Source of the DNA: a virus
DNA length: 64,000 nt
Direction: 5' to 3' (one strand)
Virus record (IMG/VR): IMGVR_UViG_3300037044_000228
Coordinates: 35,650-99,649 of that record
The position numbers and the translations under genes are program-made. Shown one piece after another: positions 18,457 through 27,292 of this stretch; the first letter of the stretch is position 1; the number at the start of each line of letters is the position of its first letter. The notes beneath the pieces were generated by a model, which searched no databases, was not told where the DNA came from, and was given only the letters and a program-made list of their open reading frames with translations.

Positions 18457-19977
18457 ATGCCCGATGGGATGACGACGATCGAACAACCGACGAACGCCAT
18501 GGAGGCGATTCTCGCGGTTCTCGCGAAGGCCAATGAGATCACCGACCCGCGCATGGCGCACCTGAACCTCGCCAAAGCGACGTTCGGCCAGGCGGGCGGA
18601 CCGACGACCGGTCTCACTTTCTACGATCTCGAGCCGGGCGCAAAGCTCATGTACCCGGTGCTCACGCCGCTCCGTAACGCCATCCCCCGCGTGAGCGGAA
18701 AGGGCGGCGTCGAGGCGTCGTGGCGCGCGATCACGGCCATCAACACGCAGAATATCCAGATCGGCGTGTCGCAGGGCCACCGTGGCGGCGTGGTCGCCGT
18801 GCAGACGAAAGACTACACCGCCGCCTATCGCGGCATCGGCACGGAAGCGTCCGTCAACTTCGAGGCGCAATACGCAGGGCAGGGCTTCGAGGACATTCGT
18901 GCGCTTGGCGCGCGGACCGGTCTCGAGTCCCTCATGCTCGGCGAAGAAGCGGTCATCCTCGCGGGCAACGGCGGCAACACGTTCGGCGTGACGCCGACGC
19001 CTGTCTGCGTCGGCTCCAACACCGGCGGCTTCCTCGCCAACGCCGCCTACAACGTCTATTGCGTCGCGCTGACCTATGCCGGTTATGTCGCGTCGACAGT
19101 GGCGAGCGGCGTTGTGGGCCAGGTCACGCGCACGAACGCCGACGGCTCCACCGACACGTTCGGCGGCGGCTCGGCGAACAAGTCCGTTGCGGGCACGGCG
19201 ACGATCTCCGGCGGCGGCGTCGGCAAGATCACCGCGACGCTTACCGGCGTCCCCGGCGCTTCGGGCTACGCATGGTTCTGGGGCACGGCGGGCAGCGAAC
19301 TGCTGGGCGCGATCACGACGGTTCCCACTGTCGTCATCAACGCGGCAGCGACCGGTTCGCAGAACGCTTCGGCGATCACGGGTGACAACTCCGTCAACTC
19401 GACGATCTTCTCGGGCATGATCCAGATCGCGGCCACGTCGGGCTCGGGCTCGTATGTCAAGGATCTCGGCGGTGCGGGCTTCACGTCCGACAACGCCGGC
19501 GGCATCGTCGAAATCGACGATATGCTCAAGCACTTCTGGGACAACTATCGTCTGTCCCCCGATGAACTGTGGGTCTCCGCTCAGGAGCTCAACAACATCG
19601 GCAAGAAGATCCTCGGCGCGGGCGGCGCTGGCACCGGTGCGTTCCGCATCAACATCAACCAGAGCCAGGGTGCGATCGGCGGCGGCATCGCCGTGGCGTC
19701 GTACCTCAACAAGTTCAGCATGGCGGGCGCGAAAGTGCTCGACATCAAGCTGCACCCGAACATGGCTCCCGGCATGGTCTTGGCGGTGACGAAGCGGCTC
19801 CCGTATCCGCTCTCCGACGTCAACAACCTGATGCAGATCCGCTGCCGTCAGGACTACTACCAGATCGAATGGCCGCTCATCACGCGCCAGTACCAGTACG
19901 GCGTCTATGCGGACGAAGTGCTGCAGCACTACTTCCCGCCGTCCCTGGGCATCATCCAGGGCGTCGGCAACCTCTAG
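18457..19977 (+). CDS. major capsid protein
   Basis: 506 aa after the scaffold; YDLEPGAKLMYPVLTPLRNAIPR...YQYGVYADEVLQHYFP. Confidence 0.85.
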   Translation: MPDGMTTIEQPTNAMEAILAVLAKANEITDPRMAHLNLAKATFGQAGGPTTGLTFYDLEPGAKLMYPVLTPLRNAIPRVSGKGGVEASWRAITAINTQNIQIGVSQGHRGGVVAVQTKDYTAAYRGIGTEASVNFEAQYAGQGFEDIRALGARTGLESLMLGEEAVILAGNGGNTFGVTPTPVCVGSNTGGFLANAAYNVYCVALTYAGYVASTVASGVVGQVTRTNADGSTDTFGGGSANKSVAGTATISGGGVGKITATLTGVPGASGYAWFWGTAGSELLGAITTVPTVVINAAATGSQNASAITGDNSVNSTIFSGMIQIAATSGSGSYVKDLGGAGFTSDNAGGIVEIDDMLKHFWDNYRLSPDELWVSAQELNNIGKKILGAGGAGTGAFRININQSQGAIGGGIAVASYLNKFSMAGAKVLDIKLHPNMAPGMVLAVTKRLPYPLSDVNNLMQIRCRQDYYQIEWPLITRQYQYGVYADEVLQHYFPPSLGIIQGVGNL

Positions 19978-20160
19978 GCAGGGGTGTTCGGTGCGCGCGG
20001 GTTTCGATCACCCGCGCGCACATTCACAACGATAAGGCCCGCCGCCGCCACGCGGCGGGCCGATCGTCGGGGCAAACCCGGCGATCGGAACGTGGCGCAA
20101 AGGGACTGTCCAATCATTTCCGGCCGCAGCGGCAGACCGCGCGCCGATAGGAACCACACC

Positions 20161-20517
20161 ATGAAAATCCAGACTCCCGAAGGCTTCTCCGGCGCGAGCT
20201 ACGAGCATGCGCGCTACACTGCGGACGAGAACGGTGTGATGACAGTCGACGTGCCCGCGCATGCGCAGCACTTCCTCACGCACCCGGCCTATGGCGGATC
20301 GTTTACGCCCTACATTCCGCCCGCCGAACCGGTGGTTCCGGCAGCGCCCGCGCCTGCCGTTTCAGCGGCTCCCGCCGGCGCGCACTTCGACGCGTCCGGC
20401 GCGGGCGATACCGCCGGTGACGGCGACGGCGCGGGCGAAGCCGCGGGCGAGGGCGGCGCAGGCGATGGCGGCGAAACACCGAACACCGGCGGACGCAAGG
20501 CCAAGGCGAAGACCTGA
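20161..20517 (+). CDS. small head-associated protein
   Basis: ATG 20161 with AGGA RBS; follows the capsid gene; low-complexity C-terminus. Confidence 0.65.
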   Translation: MKIQTPEGFSGASYEHARYTADENGVMTVDVPAHAQHFLTHPAYGGSFTPYIPPAEPVVPAAPAPAVSAAPAGAHFDASGAGDTAGDGDGAGEAAGEGGAGDGGETPNTGGRKAKAKT

Positions 20518-20604
20518 GCCAAACGCGACACCAAACACCAACCGACGCGCCGGGCCGTGGAGTGATCTGCGGTCCGGCCTCGTGCGCACTGCGAAGAGGG
20601 CGTC

Positions 20605-21249
20605 ATGGCCGATCCACTCATCGACCTCGCCAACCTTGCGGCGGTGAAGACGTACCTGACAGCAGCGGGGCTCGCGCAGCCCGACGATGCGGTGCTCGAG
20701 CGGCTTGTGACAGCGGTGAGCCAGCAGATCCAGAGCCATCTCAATCGCCGGCTGGTGCGCCAGTCCTACACGCAGACCTTCAACGGCCATGGGCGCAACG
20801 CGCTCTATCCGCCGCAATTCCCGATCCAGGCGGTGTCATCGGTCACGGTGAACGGGCGGGTGGTGAGCGCGGCGAACGGACCGACGGGCGCGGGCTATGT
20901 GTTTTCCGAGCAAGCGATCTATCTGCGCGGCGGCGCGTTCGATCGCGGTATCCAGAACGTCGTCATCGCCTACGAAGCGGGCTACAACCCGCTCCCTGCC
21001 GATCTTGTGCAGGCACTCCACGGCGCGATCGGCGCGCTGACATCTGACGAGTTTTCCGTCACCGGGCAGGGCATCCCCAAGGGGGTGTCTTCGTACTCGG
21101 CTGGCGACCATTCCATTTCTTTCGGCGGCGGCGCAGCGGCGGCGGGCTCGAGCGCGAGCGGCGATGCGATGCTGCTGCCGCTTGATGGCACGACGATCGC
21201 GCAGCTGGCGCCGTATCGGCGCGTGCACGCTGTCGATCTTGGCCGGTGA
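20605..21249 (+). CDS. head-tail connector/adaptor protein
   Basis: LAAVKTYL...DAVLERLVTAVS...NVVIAYEAGY..PADL pattern. Confidence 0.75.
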   Translation: MADPLIDLANLAAVKTYLTAAGLAQPDDAVLERLVTAVSQQIQSHLNRRLVRQSYTQTFNGHGRNALYPPQFPIQAVSSVTVNGRVVSAANGPTGAGYVFSEQAIYLRGGAFDRGIQNVVIAYEAGYNPLPADLVQALHGAIGALTSDEFSVTGQGIPKGVSSYSAGDHSISFGGGAAAAGSSASGDAMLLPLDGTTIAQLAPYRRVHAVDLGR

Positions 21250-21259
21250 GGCGAAACCC

Positions 21260-22777
21260 ATGAGCGACCGCAAGACTTTCGCCAGCGCAGTGAACCGCGC
21301 GACAGCCTTCTCGAAGGGCTTCGGCGTCCACGGCTTCTGGAACGGCACGGAGCCGCACCGGGGCGGTGGTGGTGCGCGTGGCGGCGCGCGGCGGGGCGCG
21401 CAAGCGGGCGTCGGCGGCGGCGCTGCAACGCCTGTCGCCAGCGCAGGCGCGCAAGCCAAGGCCGATGCGGTGCGGGTCGCGCAACGGCAAGGTGCGGTGG
21501 AAGTGGCGCGTGCGCCGGCGACTCCAGCCGCAGCGTCGGCGCGTTTCAGTGCGCGGGATGAACTTTCGCGTCTGGAAGCGGGCGGTGCGCCGCGCAAACT
21601 CCGAACGCGCCAGCAGGAAGCGCTCATGCGCGAGGCGATCGCCACGAGTCGCGTGCGCAACAACGAAGACCCCAAGGTGAGCGCGATCATATCGTCGCTC
21701 GGCGGCAACAACGGTACGAAGCTCCCGATCTATGCGGGCGGTCCGAGACAGGCGCCTGCGCCGGCGCGTGCCGCCAGCGCGGCAGCGGCCGGACCGAACG
21801 CCGCGGCGATCGATCGCGTCGCCAACAACATGCACGATGCATGGCGCAAGGAGTTCGTCGCGGCCAATGGCGCCGGGGCGCAACGCTGGAAGCCGGTGAA
21901 CCCTGAGAGCGCGGCATGGATCGCGGCCAACCCGCGCGCGATTCCGAAGACCCAGATCCGGACCAATCCGGAGACCGGTCAGCAGGAAATCAACATCGCG
22001 GGGCTACGCAACAAGCAGCTTCCGCCGAACCAGCACGGCAAGGAAAACGCCGACGGCGCGCGTCATGCGGTCGAGACGGTCGCGCGCAATCCGCGCGCCA
22101 GCGTCGACGAGCATGCAGCGGCGGTGCATCAAGCGTGGCTCGCGCGGAACGGCTCATGGGCGCCGGCTTCGCAGAAGGTGCCCTACAATCGTCTGTCGGA
22201 TGCCGACAAGGAAAAGGACCGCGTTATCGTCCGCGCGGCCATGCGCGCGCTCGGCGTGAAGCCTGAGCCCACTACACCGGCGCGTGCGGCGGCGAACGCT
22301 GCGGCGGGCGCGGCTAGATCCAGCGCGAGCGGCGGCGCGACTTCCCTGTCAGCGGCTCGACGCACTCTCGACGAGGCGCAAGAGCGGTTCCGTGGCGCGT
22401 CTGCGACGTACCGCGACGGCGGCGGCAGTGCGGAATCGGTGGCGAACGCCAACCGCGCGCTGCAGAACGCACAGGCGGCATGGGCGCGCGCGCGCACCGA
22501 GAACGCGGCGCGGTCAACGGAGATCAAACGCGCGCCCGGCGAGAGCCGTACCGTGGCGTATCTGCGTGCGGCCGAGGGCAATCTCTCGAGCACACAACGG
22601 ATCGTGCAGTCCATGGCGTCGCAATCTCGAGCGGAAGTCGTCGCGGTCGCGCGCGAGCTCGGCTTGCCGGTGCGCGCCAACACCACGAAGGCGAACGCTC
22701 TCGCGATGATCTCTGGCCGTGCGGCTAAGAGCGAGTCCGACGCGGCGTTGAACGAGCGCATCCGCAACGGCGCGTGA
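21260..22777 (+). CDS. tagged basic protein with RyR-like domain (putative head cargo)
   Basis: ATG 21260 with GAGG RBS; leader plus tag; VHQAWLARN...KVPYNRLSDADKEKDR. Confidence 0.8.
   Translation: MSDRKTFASAVNRATAFSKGFGVHGFWNGTEPHRGGGGARGGARRGAQAGVGGGAATPVASAGAQAKADAVRVAQRQGAVEVARAPATPAAASARFSARDELSRLEAGGAPRKLRTRQQEALMREAIATSRVRNNEDPKVSAIISSLGGNNGTKLPIYAGGPRQAPAPARAASAAAAGPNAAAIDRVANNMHDAWRKEFVAANGAGAQRWKPVNPESAAWIAANPRAIPKTQIRTNPETGQQEINIAGLRNKQLPPNQHGKENADGARHAVETVARNPRASVDEHAAAVHQAWLARNGSWAPASQKVPYNRLSDADKEKDRVIVRAAMRALGVKPEPTTPARAAANAAAGAARSSASGGATSLSAARRTLDEAQERFRGASATYRDGGGSAESVANANRALQNAQAAWARARTENAARSTEIKRAPGESRTVAYLRAAEGNLSSTQRIVQSMASQSRAEVVAVARELGLPVRANTTKANALAMISGRAAKSESDAALNERIRNGA
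21314..21426 (+). repeat. tag repeat copy 3
   Basis: About 113 bp nearly identical to 11944-12056. Confidence 0.95.
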
Positions 22778-22797
22778 TCTGACCAGCGGAGCAGCGC

Positions 22798-23169
22798 GTG
22801 TCGATTCCCAGCTTCATCTATCCGCGCACGATCTCGGTGCGGCGACCGAAGACGGTGAACCCGGCGACGTCGGTGGGCGACCGTGGCTACAGCGCCCAGC
22901 GCGGGCCGGTGGACGAAGACGTCATCATCGCCGGGCCGGTGGCCGCGTCAGTCCAGCTTTCGAGCGGCGGGAAGGGTAAGGCCGGCGTGCCGTCCGATCC
23001 AGGCGTGGCGTCGGCGTCGATCTTTATTCCAGCGACGGCAGGCATCGCCCTTGGCGCGATCAAGGAAGCCGACGTCGTCACCGACGACATGGGCCGGCGC
23101 TTTCTTCTGTCGAACGCCTACTGGACCTCCCTCGGCTGGAAGCTGACCGGGTCCGAGATGACCGTCTAG
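22798..23169 (+). CDS. putative head closure protein
   Basis: 123 aa, neck-gene position, YPRTISVRRP...DVVTDDMGRRF. Confidence 0.6.
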   Translation: MSIPSFIYPRTISVRRPKTVNPATSVGDRGYSAQRGPVDEDVIIAGPVAASVQLSSGGKGKAGVPSDPGVASASIFIPATAGIALGAIKEADVVTDDMGRRFLLSNAYWTSLGWKLTGSEMTV

Positions 23170-23206
23170 CCGCGCCGACCAGCGCTGCACCGTAGGGAGC
23201 GCGAGC

Positions 23207-24175
23207 ATGGCGGACGTTTCCGACGTCGAGAACGCGTTCAAGGCGCTCATCGTCTCGAAGATCTACGCGAACGGCACGGCAGCGCCGAGCGTGATGAAGA
23301 TGGACAACAACGCGGCGATTCCCGCCGTCGTTATGCGCGGTTGGCCGAACAAGACCCAGCTGCAGCGCGATCTCGCGGCGGGCGTGTGCACGATCAACAT
23401 CTGGCCGCGCCCCGGCAGCGACCAGGACGTCACACCGATGTCGGCGGGCGCATGGCAGCAAGACACAGCGCGTATGGCCGAGGCGATAGCCACGCCCGTG
23501 ACCATGACGTTCTCCGCGACCGGCGGCGTCTCGGCCGCACCCGACCGGATCGTCTTCGGCGGACCGGCGGCGGCGGCGCAGAACGTCTCTGTGGTGGTGG
23601 ATGGGCGCGGCTATCACGTCTCTGTCACCGCGAACCAGACCGCCGCGAGCATCGCTGCAGCGTTTGCAGCGCTCATCTCGGCCGACCGCACGGCGACCAG
23701 CAATGGCGCGACGCTGGATCTACCCGGCGCGCATCGGTTGCAAGGGGCGTCCGGCGCGATCGTGTCGCGCGGTCTCTGGCGCGAGATCAACCGCACCAAG
23801 CGCGTGTTTCAGATCGGCTTGTGGTGTCCTTCGCCTGAGCAGCGAGACGCGGCGGGGCGCTTCCTCAACGGCGTGCTGCGCGGCAAGGGCACGCTCGCGG
23901 GGCATCTCTCGCGCTTCGATCTTGCCGATGGATCGACGGCGCATCTGCAGTACCAGAACACGCAGATGAGCGACGATCCCGAGATGGCGGGCCTGTTCCG
24001 GCGCGACTTCTTTTTCAGCGTCGAATACGGCGACATCGAGTTCGCAGACGCCGCGCAGATCGTCCAGATCGAAACGCACTTCACGCCGCATGGCGGGGGC
24101 GGGGGCTTCGGCCCGGGCGAAGAGGCGCCGCCGGCGCTTCTGCCTGCGCCCATCGTCACGCTGATCTCAAGCTAG
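23207..24175 (+). CDS. putative tail terminator/completion protein
   Basis: MADVSDVENA...RGWP...WCPSPEQRD...FRRD; upstream of the sheath gene. Confidence 0.6.
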   Translation: MADVSDVENAFKALIVSKIYANGTAAPSVMKMDNNAAIPAVVMRGWPNKTQLQRDLAAGVCTINIWPRPGSDQDVTPMSAGAWQQDTARMAEAIATPVTMTFSATGGVSAAPDRIVFGGPAAAAQNVSVVVDGRGYHVSVTANQTAASIAAAFAALISADRTATSNGATLDLPGAHRLQGASGAIVSRGLWREINRTKRVFQIGLWCPSPEQRDAAGRFLNGVLRGKGTLAGHLSRFDLADGSTAHLQYQNTQMSDDPEMAGLFRRDFFFSVEYGDIEFADAAQIVQIETHFTPHGGGGGFGPGEEAPPALLPAPIVTLISS

Positions 24176-24184
24176 GAGCACGTC

Positions 24185-24451
24185 ATGGATTTCGGCGAAG
24201 CGCTTAGCGCGCTCAAGAGCGGCCAGCGCGTCGCGCGCGCGGGATGGAATGGCAAGGGCATGTGGCTCGCGCATGTCGCCGGGCAAGATCAACCTGCAGC
24301 GTTTGCTGCGTACTCGATCAAGTCCGACCATGTGGCGAGCGATTACGCGCCAGCGGCGTGGATCGGCATGAAGACAGCGGACGACAAGTTCGTGCCGTGG
24401 CTTGCCAGCCAGACCGACATTCTGGCCGAGGACTGGACCGTCCTCGGCTGA
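24185..24451 (+). CDS. tad2: DUF2829 / Tad2-like anti-defence sponge protein
   Basis: MDFGEALSALKSGQRVARAGWNGKGMW...PWLASQTDILAEDW. Confidence 0.85.
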   Translation: MDFGEALSALKSGQRVARAGWNGKGMWLAHVAGQDQPAAFAAYSIKSDHVASDYAPAAWIGMKTADDKFVPWLASQTDILAEDWTVLG

Positions 24452-24507
24452 GCCGTTTGGAGCGCTTTTGAACCGTTCCTGAGCCGTTTTCCACCCGAGA
24501 GGCAACC

Positions 24508-24696
24508 ATGCACCTGATCGTCACTGCGCCCTTCGCCAAGCATGCGATCGGCGAACACATCACCGACGCCGGCGAAGTGGCCGCGATCCTCGCCAGCGAG
24601 AACGTCGCGCACGTCGTCAAGACCGCAGCGCCGCCGGCCGCGCCGGCTGTCGACGTCAAGCCTGACACGCCGGCGCGCGCCCGGAAGACCTCGTAA
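24508..24696 (+). CDS. small hypothetical protein preceding sheath
   Basis: 62-aa ORF with GAGG RBS. Confidence 0.6.
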   Translation: MHLIVTAPFAKHAIGEHITDAGEVAAILASENVAHVVKTAAPPAAPAVDVKPDTPARARKTS

Positions 24697-24739
24697 GCGC
24701 GAGCGCCGCCGAAACCCCTTCTCTCAGGAGACTTCTGAC

Positions 24740-26602
24740 ATGACCATGTATTTCGGCGGCGCCCTCAATACGGCGGCGCAAGTGGTGCCCGATCTTTCGG
24801 TGGTGGTGCAACCGCCCGACGTGCATCTCATCAACGGCCAACCCACCAACATCTTCGGCATCGTCGGCTCGGCCTCCTGGGGCCCGGTCAATTCGCCGGT
24901 CGTGCGCGGCGGCTATGCGGATGCAGCGGCGCTGTTCGGTCCGGTGAAGAACCGCGAGCACGACATGCTCACCATCCTCGCGACTGCGGTGCTGCAGGGC
25001 GCGAACAACTTCCGTTGCGTGCGCGTCACCGACGGCAACGACGTCGCGGCCTTCGTCCAGGTGCTCACCAACTGTATCCGCTTCACGTCGCGCTACACGG
25101 GATCGCTTGCGAACGGCGACAAGGTCACGATCGGCGCGGGCACGCAGAACACGAGCTATCAGGTCACGGTCATTCGCCCCGGCCAGCCTGCCGAAGTGTT
25201 CGACAATATCGGCGCGGGCCTGTCTGGCGCGGCGCTCTGGACCGCGATCGCGGATGCGATCAACAACGGCGTTTCCGGCGGCGTGCGCGGCCCTTCCGCA
25301 TATATCGTGGCGAGCGCCGGCGGCGGCGCAGCAGCGGCGGTCAACGCCACCTACACGCTTTCTGGCGGCGCCGATGGCGCAGCGCCGAGCGCGGCGGTGA
25401 AGGCCAGCGTTACGATCCAGACCGACTGCATGTCGCTTGCGGCAGTCGCTGCAGGGACGTCCGGAAACGCCAAGACGTTCGAGATCGCGGCGGGCACGAC
25501 GCTCAACACGTTCAAGGTTATCATCAACGCGGTCGAGACTATCGACAATATCGGTCTCGGCCTGACCGGCAACGCCCTCTGGGCGGCGATCGTCAACGCG
25601 GTCAACACGCTACCGTCTGTGCACGTTATCGCCATTCTGGGCGCGGGCGTGGCCGCGCCCACCAATGCGGTGCATACCCTCACGGGCGGCGTGGCGTCTG
25701 TCGGCGGCGTGACCGAGACGCAGCTGATCGGCGTCGACACTTCGCCGCGCACCGGCATGTACGCGCTTTCTGGCGCGGGCTGCAGCGTCGCGGCGCTGGC
25801 GGATGCGACCGACACGTCGTCCTGGGCGGCGCAAGTGGCGTTCGGCCTGTCCGAAGGCGTTTACATGCAAGGCGCCGGCGCGAGCGGTGAATCCATCACC
25901 ACAGCGGCGACCAACCGCAACTCGATCGGCGTCGATACGCCGTGGTTCAAGGTCGCGCTGGGCGACTGGATCCTCTGGAACGACGTCGTCAACGGTGTGC
26001 AGCGCTTTGTCTCGCCGCAGGGCTTCTATGGCGGTCAACTGGCGACCCTCGGTCCTCACCAGAGCGGTCTCAACAAGCCGCTCTACGGGATTATCGCGAC
26101 CCAGAAGAGTTACGCCAACCAGACCTATAGCTCTGCCGAACTCCAGCAGATGGCGATGGCCGGACTTGACGTGATCGCGAACCCCAGCGTCGGCGGCTTC
26201 TACTTCTCGCCGCGCTTCGGTCGCAACTCGTCGTCGAACGCGCTGCTGCATGGCGATAACTATCCGCGCAACACCGCGTTCATTGCGCGCACGCTCAATG
26301 CGGGCCTCGGGATCTACGTCGGCGACCTGCAGTCGGAAGATGTGCAGCGCGAGGCGGAAGCCACCATTACGCACTTGCTCGAGGCGCTCTGGGCGCAAGG
26401 CATGATCGGCAATTCGCAGGGAACCGTCCCTTTCTCGGTGCAGATCGCCGACATTTCCATCAACCCGCCGTCGCGCGTGGCCCTCGGCTACATGATGGCG
26501 CGGGTGCGCGTGCAATACCTGTCGGTGATCGAATACTTCATCTGCAATCTGCAGGCGGGGCAGGGCGTCACCATCGAAACCGTCGGTCCGGTCGCGGCCT
26601 GA
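24740..26602 (+). CDS. tail sheath protein
   Basis: GIVGSASWGPVN, CVRVTDG, LSGGADG, INPPSRVALGYM..VRVQY; start at ATG 24740 after AGGAG. Confidence 0.9.
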   Translation: MTMYFGGALNTAAQVVPDLSVVVQPPDVHLINGQPTNIFGIVGSASWGPVNSPVVRGGYADAAALFGPVKNREHDMLTILATAVLQGANNFRCVRVTDGNDVAAFVQVLTNCIRFTSRYTGSLANGDKVTIGAGTQNTSYQVTVIRPGQPAEVFDNIGAGLSGAALWTAIADAINNGVSGGVRGPSAYIVASAGGGAAAAVNATYTLSGGADGAAPSAAVKASVTIQTDCMSLAAVAAGTSGNAKTFEIAAGTTLNTFKVIINAVETIDNIGLGLTGNALWAAIVNAVNTLPSVHVIAILGAGVAAPTNAVHTLTGGVASVGGVTETQLIGVDTSPRTGMYALSGAGCSVAALADATDTSSWAAQVAFGLSEGVYMQGAGASGESITTAATNRNSIGVDTPWFKVALGDWILWNDVVNGVQRFVSPQGFYGGQLATLGPHQSGLNKPLYGIIATQKSYANQTYSSAELQQMAMAGLDVIANPSVGGFYFSPRFGRNSSSNALLHGDNYPRNTAFIARTLNAGLGIYVGDLQSEDVQREAEATITHLLEALWAQGMIGNSQGTVPFSVQIADISINPPSRVALGYMMARVRVQYLSVIEYFICNLQAGQGVTIETVGPVAA

Positions 26603-26648
26603 TCCAGCGCAGATCGCCACCCTCCCACGATGGGGAGGGTGCGTGCCC

Positions 26649-26692
26649 TATGACCGATCGGTCATATCTCAAATTATGACCGCCCGGTCATA
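26649..26692. promoter_or_regulatory. tandem 18-bp palindromes (operator-like)
   Basis: TATGACCGATCGGTCATA at 26649-26666 and TATGACCGCCCGGTCATA at 26675-26692. Confidence 0.6.
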
Positions 26693-26720
26693 GATCCACC
26701 TTCCATTCAGGAGATCCACC

Positions 26721-27155
26721 ATGCCGCAGAACGGCTATTCGATCGGGCGCGATTTCACGCTCGACGTCATCAAGGGCAACGGCGCGGTCCTGCGCATCAA
26801 GGTGAAGACCGGCTACACCGCGCGTCAGCAGGTCAAGGAGGAAGTGGTGGAGCGCCTCGACGGCGTGACCGACTATCTCAACATGCCGAAGGGATGGGGC
26901 GGGACCATCGAATATGACCGTCAGGACGACGAGATCGACGCCTACTTCGCGCAGTGGGAAGCCGACTATCACGCCGGCCGCAATCAACCCAATCTCACCA
27001 TGACCGAGACGATCACCAATCCCGGCGGCGGCATTACGCAGTACCGGTTCGTGGGCGTCGCGCTCAAATACGAGGACACCGGCAACAAGAACGGACAGAG
27101 CGTCGTGAAAGGCCGTCTCGGCTGGAACGCGTCGCGCCGTCTCAAGATCCGCTAG
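26721..27155 (+). CDS. tail tube protein
   Basis: 144 aa directly after the sheath gene, AGGAG RBS. Confidence 0.8.
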   Translation: MPQNGYSIGRDFTLDVIKGNGAVLRIKVKTGYTARQQVKEEVVERLDGVTDYLNMPKGWGGTIEYDRQDDEIDAYFAQWEADYHAGRNQPNLTMTETITNPGGGITQYRFVGVALKYEDTGNKNGQSVVKGRLGWNASRRLKIR

Positions 27156-27292
27156 CGAGCGCGACGTCGGGGGACGCACGCAGGAGGCCAACGCGGGGAC
27201 ATCGTCTGGGTGGGAGGGCGGACGGGCGCCCGGCATGTCGCCGAAGCCCGCAGTTACAGCGCCCCCGCGGGGCCACATGAAGGATCGATCGA

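Noticed and set aside
11944-21426. Tag repeats as a CRISPR array or DGR template/variable repeats
   Set aside because: The copies are dispersed and in frame with synonymous changes. There are no spacers, no cas genes, no reverse transcriptase and no adenine-specific variation.
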